A stretch of 32,000 nt of DNA. Source: Candidatus Saccharimonadota bacterium. GTDB taxonomy: Bacteria > Patescibacteriota > Microgenomatia > UBA1406 > GWC2-37-13. Positions 1 to 8,005 of the stretch are shown here, one piece after another; position 1 is the stretch's first letter; every line of letters starts with the position of its first letter. Both the position numbers and the translations under genes were made by a program. The notes under the pieces are model-generated. The model ran no database searches. It worked only from the letters and a program-made list of their open reading frames with translations, and had not been told where the DNA came from. The stretch is taken from positions 630,001 to 662,000 of the forward strand of contig CP064967.1 in the NCBI GenBank assembly GCA_016699265.1. The letters run 5' to 3'.

Positions 1-509
1 GCAAGTCTGCCTTCTTACTACTTTGGACCTTAGTTCCAGCATTAATATCGCTCGTTATCTCGGCCATGAAACCTATATTTTTACCACGCTACTTTATTTA
101 TTCTGCAACTGGAATTTCTCTTCTCATTATTCATTCTCTGGAACAGATTAAACCTTCGGTAAGAGTGCTCGTCTACACATTGATAATCATTTTTCTCTTG
201 CAGTACAATTCAATTCAGATCACCGAGCGAGCAAAAGGCGATGTCCGAGCGCTAGTCAACAAACTTCAAAAGGTTATGTCTCGCGATGATGTGATCTATG
301 TGGAGAGCGAACTTGACTATCACACCGTCCAGTATTACTTCGAGCCAAGCAGAGTTTACATTTATCGAAAAAGCTTTCAAGAGATTCCTGAGTACGTTGG
401 AAAAGTTCTCATTTCAGAATCACATGTGGTCTCTACTCTTCCTCAGTTTCCTAAAAAAGCCTACGTTATTCACACTAATTTGTCCTTCGACATTTTGTCG
501 ATGAACTGA
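1..509 (+). CDS. Membrane protein, C-terminal part (5' end outside window); possibly the tail of a GT-C (ArnT/PMT-like) glycosyltransferase
   Basis: The frame of ORF 66..509 stays open back to nt 3 (KSAFLLLWTLVPALISLVISA precedes the listed Met). Hydrophobic segments are followed by a soluble tail. The family assignment is a guess. Confidence 0.45.
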   Translation, partial: KSAFLLLWTLVPALISLVISAMKPIFLPRYFIYSATGISLLIIHSLEQIKPSVRVLVYTLIIIFLLQYNSIQITERAKGDVRALVNKLQKVMSRDDVIYVESELDYHTVQYYFEPSRVYIYRKSFQEIPEYVGKVLISESHVVSTLPQFPKKAYVIHTNLSFDILSMN

Positions 510-520
510 GGTTAGTATTC

Positions 521-592
521 GGTATCTCGTATTTGGCATCTCGTATTAAGATACGTCATACGGCATACGTAATACGATATACGATATACGAT
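521..592. repeat. Heptamer-phased repeat array: two GGYATCTCGTATT direct repeats (521-533, 535-547), then six tandem ATACGNN heptamers (551-592)
   Basis: ATACG starts at 551, 558, 565, 572, 579 and 586, an exact 7-bp period. Its reverse complement CGTAT occurs at 528 and 542, 14 bp apart. Confidence 0.85.
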
Positions 593-605
593 TCATGTTG
601 TGCGG

Positions 606-611
606 TATAAT
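606..611 (+). promoter_or_regulatory. -10 box TATAAT, 6 nt upstream of the glyA ATG (leaderless geometry)
   Basis: TATAAT at 606-611, spacer agtcgt, ATG at 618. No SD is possible in this spacing. Confidence 0.55.
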
Positions 612-617
612 AGTCGT

Positions 618-1955
618 ATGAAACATCTCCCGAAGATTGATCCAGAAATAGCCCAACTTATTAAGAGCGAGGAAAAAAGACAAGAATCAACGCTCATGAT
701 GATCCCTTCTGAAAACGTCGCATCCTATGCGGTTGAGGAGGCGGTCGGATCCGCTTTTGGAAATAAGTATTCTGAAGGGTATCCGAATAGACGATATTAT
801 CAAGGTCAGGAATTTGCAGATAAACTCGAGTCATTAGTCATAGAAAGAGCCAAGAAACTTTTTAAAGTAGCCCATGTAAATGTCCAGGCATTGTCTGGCT
901 CTCCAGCCAACTTCGCCGTCTATACCGCTCTTCTGAAACCTGGGGCAACCATCATGGGACTTTCATTAAGCTCAGGAGGCCACCTCACTCATGGAGCTAG
1001 ATTTAACGCAAGCAGTATTTACTTCAACGCAGTTAATTACAATGTTCGACCAGATGGTTACATCGACTACGAGGCTCTAAAGAAGCAAGCAAAAAAAGTT
1101 AAACCAGACATTATTATCGCTGGCACAACGGCATACGCTCGAATTCTTAACTGGAAAAAATTTGCAGAAATTGCAGATAGCATCGGAGCATTGCTCTTGG
1201 CGGATATGTCGCATATCTCGGGACTAGTTGCTACTGGGGTATATCCTTCCCCAGTACCATTCGTCCACGTTGTGACGACTACCACTCACAAGACGCTTCG
1301 TGGTCCACGAGGAGCCCTCATCATGGTTACTAACAAAGGACTTAAAAAAGATCCGGATATGTCGACTAAAATTGACAAAGCTATAATTCCTGGGATTCAA
1401 GGAGGACCACACCTTAACACGATCGCTGGAATTGGCGTAACTTTAAAAGAGGCAAGCTCAAAAAAGTTTGTTACCTACTCTAAACAGATTCTTAAAAACG
1501 CAAAGGTGCTCGCCTCTGAGTTAATCAAGTATGACTTTTCATTAGTTACTGGAGGTACCGACTCCCACCTGATGCTTGTAGACTGTCGAAATAAAAAAAT
1601 CCTTGGCAACACTGCAGCGCTTGCCTGTGAGGCCTCCGGAATTATTCTCAACTACAACGGAGTACCATTTGATCCTAATCCCCCATTTTACCCTTCTGGA
1701 ATTCGTCTTGGGACACCAGGGATAACCAGTAGAGGAATGAAGGAACCAGAAATGAGGAAGATTGCATCATATATCGACGAAACTCTTACTGCTGTAGCAA
1801 AAACAAAAAAACGTCTTAACATCACCGATGAACAGGAACGCAAACGAGATATTCGTAAATCCCTGATTGACCAAACACCAGAGCTCAAGGAAATAAAAAA
1901 GCAAGTAGAGTCCTTATGTAAGCGTTTTCCTCTAAATAAGGTCTACCCGATATGA
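618..1955 (+). CDS. glyA: Serine hydroxymethyltransferase
   Basis: Translation shows MIPSENVAS, GNKYSEGYP.RRYY.G, SGSPAN and TTTTHKTLRGPRG (PLP-Lys region). ATG 618 is preferred over the track's GTG 600 because of the -10 box at 606. Confidence 0.95.
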   Translation: MKHLPKIDPEIAQLIKSEEKRQESTLMMIPSENVASYAVEEAVGSAFGNKYSEGYPNRRYYQGQEFADKLESLVIERAKKLFKVAHVNVQALSGSPANFAVYTALLKPGATIMGLSLSSGGHLTHGARFNASSIYFNAVNYNVRPDGYIDYEALKKQAKKVKPDIIIAGTTAYARILNWKKFAEIADSIGALLLADMSHISGLVATGVYPSPVPFVHVVTTTTHKTLRGPRGALIMVTNKGLKKDPDMSTKIDKAIIPGIQGGPHLNTIAGIGVTLKEASSKKFVTYSKQILKNAKVLASELIKYDFSLVTGGTDSHLMLVDCRNKKILGNTAALACEASGIILNYNGVPFDPNPPFYPSGIRLGTPGITSRGMKEPEMRKIASYIDETLTAVAKTKKRLNITDEQERKRDIRKSLIDQTPELKEIKKQVESLCKRFPLNKVYPI

Positions 1956-2257
1956 CATATTTGTTAATCGCTGCAAACGTAGCAATGCTCCTTACATTAG
2001 CTTTGGGCTTCCGAACACTTCCTCCAGCACTACCACTCTTTTACTCCAAACCCGGAGGTGAAATGCAGCTTGCGGTATGGTGGCTCATTCTGATTATTCC
2101 GGTATGTATGAATGGACTCTACATCCTAAACAATACAATTACCCGAAAGTTATTTTCTCAGTCCGACTTTGCGTATAAAATTATTCATTATGCCAATCTA
2201 CTACTCATCGGTATCTTCACTATGATTTTTATAAAAATTGTTACGCTTGTCTCATAA
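1952..2257 (+). CDS. Small integral membrane protein (about 3 TM segments), function unknown
   Basis: The start overlaps the glyA stop (ATGA) and the stop overlaps the next start (TAATG), which suggests translational coupling. The sequence is hydrophobic. Confidence 0.55.
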   Translation: MTYLLIAANVAMLLTLALGFRTLPPALPLFYSKPGGEMQLAVWWLILIIPVCMNGLYILNNTITRKLFSQSDFAYKIIHYANLLLIGIFTMIFIKIVTLVS

Positions 2258-3317
2258 TGGCACCGGTTTTGGCGCTCATACTTTCAGCATCATTTTCTTA
2301 CTGCTTTACCATTCCGACTATCTGGCTCGCAAAAAAACTCAGACTCGTCACCGACTCAAAAACTCGTAAGCACCCAGCACATACGCATACCGGAATCATT
2401 CCACGCGCAGGCGGAGTCCCGATATTTTTAGCGTTCCTTTGTAGTGCGTTCGTCTTTCTCGACCTTGATAAGATTGTTGTGGGTATCATGATTGCAAGCT
2501 TAATTCATGTGCTTATCGGTCTGTACGATGACTATATCGACAGTTCACCGTATTCACGATTCGTGGGTAATTTTCTCGTTGCGGCTATTGTGGTCGCAGC
2601 AGGACTTGGAATTCCCTATCTTTCAAATCCATTCGGGGGAGTCGTTCATTTTGACTCAATAGTTTGGTCATTTAGTCTAATTGGTCCTCACAGTATTCTC
2701 GTGATCGGTGATCTGCTTGCTATAATCTGCCTGTCTGGACTACAAATATGGTTAACTGGAGTAAGGGTGTAGACGGGCAGCTCCCTGGTTTCGTTGCGAT
2801 TGCAGGTATTTTTCTCGGTTTACTCTCTCAGAGGTTCGTGGCGCATGATGTGAGCGCACAGACTGTTATGACTTTGTCATTTATCTTTGCTGGAGCATAT
2901 CTTGGGTTTCTTCCATTTAATTTTTATCCCCAAAAAATAATGCCAGGATATGGCGGAGGAGGTATGGCAGGACTTTGGTTGGGAATTCTAGCAATTCTTT
3001 CATTCGGAAAAATCGGAACGGCCATCTTAATTCTTGCGATTCCAACTACAGATGCGGTCTATAGTATCTTAAGAAGACTCAAGAACAAGCAGTCACCATT
3101 CAAGGCAGACTGGGGTCATTTTCATCATAAACTCCTTGAGATTGGGTGGGGAAGGCGAAGGATTGCTGTATTTTACTGGAGTGTCTCCGCAGTTCTTGGA
3201 GTCGCCAGTTTATTTTTGCAGGGAGTCGAAAAGGTGATAGCATTTGCGATGGTGAGCATAGCCCTCCTAATCTTCATTCTCGCAATCGACCAGCTTAAAC
3301 TGAAAAAATTTAATTAA
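2257..3317 (+). pseudogene. Glycosyltransferase family 4 (WecA/TagO/MraY-like polyprenyl-phosphate HexNAc-1-P transferase) split by a frameshift near 2720-2740
   Basis: ORFs 2257..2772 and 2748..3317 are the two halves of one polytopic protein. GLYDDYID lies in the first half and N.VNW.KGVDGQLPG (the NxxNxxDGxDG motif) in the second. The second frame is open from 2712, and the phase changes by 1 nt. Confidence 0.8.
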
Positions 3318-3324
3318 TCTTCCT

Positions 3325-4545
3325 ATGAAATATTTTCTCAAGACATTTGGTTGTCAACAAAATCATGCAGACTCTGAGCGTCTACGTAAGAGCTTCGATG
3401 CTCGTGGCATCATTGAGTCTGGATCTTACGAGGAGGCAAACTACGTCATTATCAATACCTGCATGGTGCGTGAATCTGCAGAAAACAGGGTGTATGGATT
3501 GGTAAATAATCTTGGAGAGATAAAAAAAGAAAAAATAGCGAAGAATGAGTTCTATAAAATCATCATCACAGGTTGTATGGTGGGACTCGCCTTTCGCGAT
3601 AAGACCGGCAAATTTTTAGACAAAATTCGTAACGCTATGCCGGCAGCAGATGAGTTCATGCCCATTGAGGAGGTAGGTTTCGATCTAGAGCCGGTTCGCA
3701 ATAACGCAACACATGCTTGGGTGCCAATTTCCAATGGATGTAACAACTTCTGCACATTCTGCGTGGTTCCATTTACTCGAGGGAGAGAGATTAGTCGTCC
3801 ATTTCATTCAGTACTTGAGGAATGTGAGAACCTAAAGAAAAAAGGGTATACGTCAGTAACCCTCCTTGGACAGAACGTCAATTCGTATGGTTCTGATCTA
3901 CTTATCGGAGAGGAGAATGTTCAAACACAACGAGATCTCGAAAAAACCTACTTTAGTGATAAAACCGAACTGACGAATCCCCGTGTAAAAATTGAGTTCA
4001 AACTGCATGGAAAAAAGATCGAGCCAATTTACGTCAAGCATCTTGGGCGCTTTAGGATTCCAACACTGTTCCCGTATCTCCTTGAGGCCGTAGCACAACT
4101 TGGCTTTGAGAAGGTTGATTTTTACTCAGCTAATCCATGGGACTACTCCGATGAGCTTATAGATGTTATTGCTCGAAATACAAATATCACTCGCGATCTT
4201 CATATTCCGGTTCAGTCTGGAGATACCGAGGTTCTTAAAAGGATGAATCGCTGGTATAGTCACGACGACTATCTCAACTTAATCTCAAAACTTAAAAGTA
4301 AGATTCCTGAGATGAAGATTAGCACGGACATAATTGTTGGCTTCCCCGGTGAGACCGACGCAGAGTTTGAGAATACGGTCAAGCTTGCGAAGGAAGTTGG
4401 GTTTTATAAAGCGTACCTTGCGATGTACTCTCAACGACCGATGACCTCAGCAACGAAGTTAATGGAGGATAGCGTTCCCCATCCGGTGAAAAAACAACGC
4501 TGGCAAATCTTGGAAGACCTCATCAACAAACCCCACCTGTCCTAA
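3325..4545 (+). CDS. MiaB/MtaB-family radical-SAM tRNA methylthiotransferase (no C-terminal TRAM domain apparent)
   Basis: N-terminal TFGCQQNHADSE (UPF0004 domain) and the radical SAM motif CNNFCTFCVVP. The protein ends at 406 aa and is followed by only an 85-nt spacer. Confidence 0.85.
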   Translation: MKYFLKTFGCQQNHADSERLRKSFDARGIIESGSYEEANYVIINTCMVRESAENRVYGLVNNLGEIKKEKIAKNEFYKIIITGCMVGLAFRDKTGKFLDKIRNAMPAADEFMPIEEVGFDLEPVRNNATHAWVPISNGCNNFCTFCVVPFTRGREISRPFHSVLEECENLKKKGYTSVTLLGQNVNSYGSDLLIGEENVQTQRDLEKTYFSDKTELTNPRVKIEFKLHGKKIEPIYVKHLGRFRIPTLFPYLLEAVAQLGFEKVDFYSANPWDYSDELIDVIARNTNITRDLHIPVQSGDTEVLKRMNRWYSHDDYLNLISKLKSKIPEMKISTDIIVGFPGETDAEFENTVKLAKEVGFYKAYLAMYSQRPMTSATKLMEDSVPHPVKKQRWQILEDLINKPHLS

Positions 4546-4551
4546 AACTTG

Positions 4552-4631
4552 TATCTTATAGCTTGTAACTTTATAATTACTTGACTATGAAAGTGCTTTT
4601 TTTCAAGATACAATTTTCGAGCTATAAGATA
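4552..4631. repeat. 12-bp perfect inverted repeat (tatcttatagct 4552-4563 / agctataagata 4620-4631) bracketing the miaB-rfbB spacer
   Basis: Verified by reverse complementing. The right arm ends on the A of the rfbB ATG. Confidence 0.8.
4572..4577 (+). promoter_or_regulatory. Candidate -10 box TATAAT, 9 nt upstream of a 15-codon uORF
   Basis: TATAAT at 4572-4577 and ATG at 4587. Confidence 0.35.
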
Positions 4632-4634
4632 TGA
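4587..4634 (+). CDS. Candidate 15-codon upstream ORF (MKVLFFKIQFSSYKI) whose TGA overlaps the rfbB ATG (ATGA)
   Basis: Read codon by codon: atg aaa gtg ctt ttt ttc aag ata caa ttt tcg agc tat aag ata tga. The stop at 4632-4634 overlaps ATG 4631-4633. Confidence 0.3.
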   Translation: MKVLFFKIQFSSYKI

Positions 4635-5644
4635 GACTACTTGTAACTGGTGGTGCTGGGTTTATAGGATCTAACTTCATTCTTTACTGGCTTAAGAAAT
4701 ATCCTAAAGATACAATCGTCAACGTCGATAAGCTCACCTACGCAGGAAACCTAGAGAACCTCTCCTCAATAAAAGACAATAATAGCTACGCCTTCGTGAA
4801 GGCAGACATCTGCGATGCCAAACATATGAATACGCTAATGGAGGGCGTTGACACCGTCGTTCATTTCGCGGCTGAATCGCACGTCGATCGTTCCATTATA
4901 GACTCCGATCCGTTTGTGCAGACAAATGTGCTTGGCACCCAGACGCTGCTAAAGGCTGCAATTAACCATAAGATTAAACGATTTCACCATGTTTCTACCG
5001 ATGAGGTCTTTGGCTCATTAGAACTTAACTCAAAAGAAAAGTTTAGTGAAACGACTCCCTACGATCCTCGTAGTCCGTACTCGGCCTCAAAGGCTGCATC
5101 GGATCATCTGGTTCGCGCTTTTTATCACACATACGGATTACCCATCACTATCTCAAACTGCTCGAATAACTTTGGCCCATTTCATTTTCCAGAAAAATTG
5201 ATCCCGTTGGCGATCACAAATATTCTTGAAGGACTCAAGGTTCCGGTCTATGGCGACGGATTATACGTGCGCGATTGGCTCTTTGTAGAAGACCATTGTG
5301 AGGCGATTGATGCAATCTTGCAGAAGGGAAAGGTAGGAGAAACCTACTGCGTTGGAAGTATGACTCAGGATGTACCAAATATCGAGATTGTAAATCAGAT
5401 CTGCGCATTAATGGGCAAGAATCCTGGTGAAGTCATCGAACATGTGAAGGATCGACCCGGTCATGATCGACGGTATGCCATCGACTTCTCAAAGATTCAA
5501 AATGAACTCGGATGGAGTCCAAAACATAGTTTTGAGTCAGCGCTCAAATCAACTATCGAATGGTATCGTGCAAACGAGACGTGGTGGAAACATATTAAAA
5601 CGGGAGAATATAAAGAATATTACGATAAGCAATACCAGCAGTAA
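4631..5644 (+). CDS. rfbB: dTDP-glucose 4,6-dehydratase
   Basis: MRLLVTGGAGFIGSNF Rossmann N-terminus, the STDEVFG and YSASKAASDH catalytic motifs, and a length of 337 aa. Confidence 0.9.
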   Translation: MRLLVTGGAGFIGSNFILYWLKKYPKDTIVNVDKLTYAGNLENLSSIKDNNSYAFVKADICDAKHMNTLMEGVDTVVHFAAESHVDRSIIDSDPFVQTNVLGTQTLLKAAINHKIKRFHHVSTDEVFGSLELNSKEKFSETTPYDPRSPYSASKAASDHLVRAFYHTYGLPITISNCSNNFGPFHFPEKLIPLAITNILEGLKVPVYGDGLYVRDWLFVEDHCEAIDAILQKGKVGETYCVGSMTQDVPNIEIVNQICALMGKNPGEVIEHVKDRPGHDRRYAIDFSKIQNELGWSPKHSFESALKSTIEWYRANETWWKHIKTGEYKEYYDKQYQQ

Positions 5645-5671
5645 TTATTATTTATTATTTTTTATTTATTA
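5644..5671. repeat. Tandem heptamers (attatta tttatta ttttta-like tttatta) directly after the rfbB stop
   Basis: Four units with a 7-bp period, read directly. A further ACTAAGA ACTAAAA AATAAAA run lies at 5710-5730. Confidence 0.7.
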
Positions 5672-5736
5672 TTGAATTTGTATTTTTAAATTTCATAAAT
5701 TTAATAAAAACTAAGAACTAAAAAATAAAAACCATT

Positions 5737-6570
5737 ATGAAGGTAGCAATTACCGGTTCCACTGGCTTAGTCGGCTCACGAATCGTCGAGCTGCTCCAAG
5801 ACAACTTCACCTTTATACCTCTTAACCACAGCGATGTTGATTTGACCGATAAAGATTCTGTGGACGCCGCTCTTTCAGACCTTGATTTCGACCTCCTCCT
5901 GCACTGCGCGGGCTACACAAATGTCGATAAAGCTGAGATTGAGAAAGAGCAGGCTACCCTTCTCAACGTGGAGGCGACTCGATATTTGCTCGAAGCAACT
6001 CAAAAAAAGAATAAAAAAATCATATATATTTCTACCGACTTTGTCTTCGATGGTCGAGAAGGGCCGTATGACGAGAATAGTCAACCAAATCCAATCGGAT
6101 ATTACGGCAAAACGAAGTTTGAAGGTGAGGAGGTTGTGAAAGATCGGGGGATGATTGTGCGAATCTCTTACCCATATCGCGCTGCGTACGAGAAGAGAGG
6201 AGATTTTTTCAGAACAATCAAATCACTCGTGAAGCAGGGTAAGTCGATTACTGGAATTACCGACTCAATAATTACTCCAACCTTTATTGATGATATTGCG
6301 TATGGACTCAAATATCTCATGAAAAACTTCCGTCCCGAGATCTTCCATCTCGTAGGCGGAGACTCACTCAGTCCACACGATGCTTTCACTGCAATTGCTG
6401 AGGTATTTCAACTCGATTCATCTCTTATTGCGAAGACGACCTATGATGAATTTTTCAAGGGTAAAGCTCAACGACCTAGACATGGACACACCATTTCAGT
6501 AAAAAACTCCTTTCACCCCATGAAGACCTTCAAGGATGCTTTGATTGAAATAGCTGCCTCCATAAAGTAG
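5737..6570 (+). CDS. rfbD: dTDP-4-dehydrorhamnose reductase
   Basis: ITGSTGLVGS N-terminus, AGYTNVDKAE, STDFVFDG, YGKTKFEGE, and a length of 277 aa. Confidence 0.85.
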   Translation: MKVAITGSTGLVGSRIVELLQDNFTFIPLNHSDVDLTDKDSVDAALSDLDFDLLLHCAGYTNVDKAEIEKEQATLLNVEATRYLLEATQKKNKKIIYISTDFVFDGREGPYDENSQPNPIGYYGKTKFEGEEVVKDRGMIVRISYPYRAAYEKRGDFFRTIKSLVKQGKSITGITDSIITPTFIDDIAYGLKYLMKNFRPEIFHLVGGDSLSPHDAFTAIAEVFQLDSSLIAKTTYDEFFKGKAQRPRHGHTISVKNSFHPMKTFKDALIEIAASIK

Positions 6571-6636
6571 TATGATTACTTAAAAGTAGTCATCCTGAGC
6601 GTAGTTGAAGGATAAATTTGATAACATTAGTTACGT

Positions 6637-7929
6637 ATGACAATCACCGTAGTTGGCCATGGATATGTAGGACTCGTAAGCGCATGTGTCTTTGCCGACT
6701 TTGGTAACAAAGTTTGGGTTGTCGGCCACACACCTGAGAAGCTACAGCGGCTAAAGAACGGTGATCCCATTATCTATGAACCGGGCCTCGCCGAGATGTT
6801 GAAAAAAAACATTGCGGCCGGACGCCTCCATTTCACTGACTCCTTCGATCCGGCAGTTAAGGAATCAGCTATTGTTTTTATTACCGTCGGAACACCACCT
6901 AAAAAGGACGGGAGCGCTGATCTATCTGCGGTATATAAGGTAGCCGAAAATATTGCAAATAATCTTGGGGATAAATTTACCGTTGTATCATGTAAAAGCA
7001 CTGTACCTGTTGGGACTAACCTAGAGGTTGAAAAAATCCTGATCAAAAACAAGCCGAAAGGCGCAACTATTGCCGTTGCATCCTGCCCTGAGTTTCTACG
7101 CGAAGGATCGGCTATCTCAGATACTGTTAAACCCGATCGAGTGGTAATTGGTTCAAATGACAATAATGCAATTAAGGCGCTCCTCGACCTCCATGCTACA
7201 TTTCCAGGTAAGCGCGTGGTTACCAACCTCCCATCTGCGGAACTTATAAAATACGCTTCGAACTCAATGTTGGCCACCAAAATTTCGTTTGCGAATCTCA
7301 TCTCGTTTTTCTGTGAACAAACAGGTGCGGATGTTGAGATGGTCCTTGATGCGGTTGGAATGGATAAACGTATTGGGAGAGTCTTTATGTACTCAGGCGT
7401 CGGTTACGGCGGATCATGTTTCCCGAAGGACGTTCAGGCTTTAACTGAGACAGGAAAACATTTGGGAGTAGATGTCTCGCTCCTTGAGTCGGTGGAGGAA
7501 ATTAATCATGAAGCACGAAAGCTCTTTGTTGATAAAGTTACCAAACATGTGAAAGGTAAGGCAATTGCCATCTGGGGACTTGCCTTCAAACCCGATACGG
7601 ACGATGTACGATTTGCCCCCTCTGTCTACATGATCGAGAGACTTTTAAAAGAAGGATATTCGATCAAGGCATATGATGCAGCTGCCATGAGTAATGTCCG
7701 TAAACTAATCTCGGACCCTCAATTAGAGCTCGTAGACGAGCCGTATTCTGCACTTGAAGGAGCAGATGCATTACTCGTACTCACTGAGTGGAATGAGTTT
7801 AAGCAGGTAGATCTTTCCAAGTTAAAAAAACTTCTCAAATCGCACCTCATATTCGATGGGAGGAATATGTACGATCCAGAAAAGATGAGAGCTGAAGGCT
7901 TTACGTATTTTGGAGTGGGAAGATCCTGA
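6637..7929 (+). CDS. ugd: UDP-glucose 6-dehydrogenase
   Basis: VVGHGYVGLV NAD-binding fold, CPEFLREG, GGSCFPKD (catalytic Cys) and GLAFKPDTDD. Confidence 0.92.
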   Translation: MTITVVGHGYVGLVSACVFADFGNKVWVVGHTPEKLQRLKNGDPIIYEPGLAEMLKKNIAAGRLHFTDSFDPAVKESAIVFITVGTPPKKDGSADLSAVYKVAENIANNLGDKFTVVSCKSTVPVGTNLEVEKILIKNKPKGATIAVASCPEFLREGSAISDTVKPDRVVIGSNDNNAIKALLDLHATFPGKRVVTNLPSAELIKYASNSMLATKISFANLISFFCEQTGADVEMVLDAVGMDKRIGRVFMYSGVGYGGSCFPKDVQALTETGKHLGVDVSLLESVEEINHEARKLFVDKVTKHVKGKAIAIWGLAFKPDTDDVRFAPSVYMIERLLKEGYSIKAYDAAAMSNVRKLISDPQLELVDEPYSALEGADALLVLTEWNEFKQVDLSKLKKLLKSHLIFDGRNMYDPEKMRAEGFTYFGVGRS

Positions 7930-8005
7930 TTAATTTTCATTTTGAAATTTTTAATTTTTATTCAGTATTAAATTATTTCAAAGTTCAAATTTCTAAATTC
8001 AAATT
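7930..8005. repeat. AT-rich spacer with 7-bp periodicity along nearly its whole length, ending in (TTCAAAN)-type heptamers 7977-8004
   Basis: It can be parsed in one phase as TTAATTT TCATTTT GAAATTT TTAATTT ... CAAAGTT CAAATTT CTAAATT CAAATT ATG. Confidence 0.65.

Noticed and set aside
298-504. 68-aa ORF overlapping the 3' part of the first gene in another frame
   Set aside because: It is embedded in a longer ORF whose frame is open to the window edge, and it has no independent start signals.
600-617. N-terminal extensions proposed by the ORF track (GTG 600 for glyA; also 8987 for the GT2 gene, 11121 for the PEGA gene, 13022 for the Zn-ribbon gene, 25238 for hrcA and 27673 for the membrane gene)
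   Set aside because: In each case the extension contains the promoter -10 box, an operator or the neighbouring gene. A downstream ATG gives a family-typical N-terminus.
4581-4614. TTGACT (4581) and TACAAT (4609) as an rfbB promoter
   Set aside because: The spacing between the hexamers is 22 bp, which is too long for a sigma70-type promoter.
6774-7301. 175-aa ORF antisense to ugd
   Set aside because: It lies entirely inside a well-supported gene on the other strand and has a low-complexity, Ser/Arg/Leu-rich antisense-type composition. It is a typical shadow ORF.
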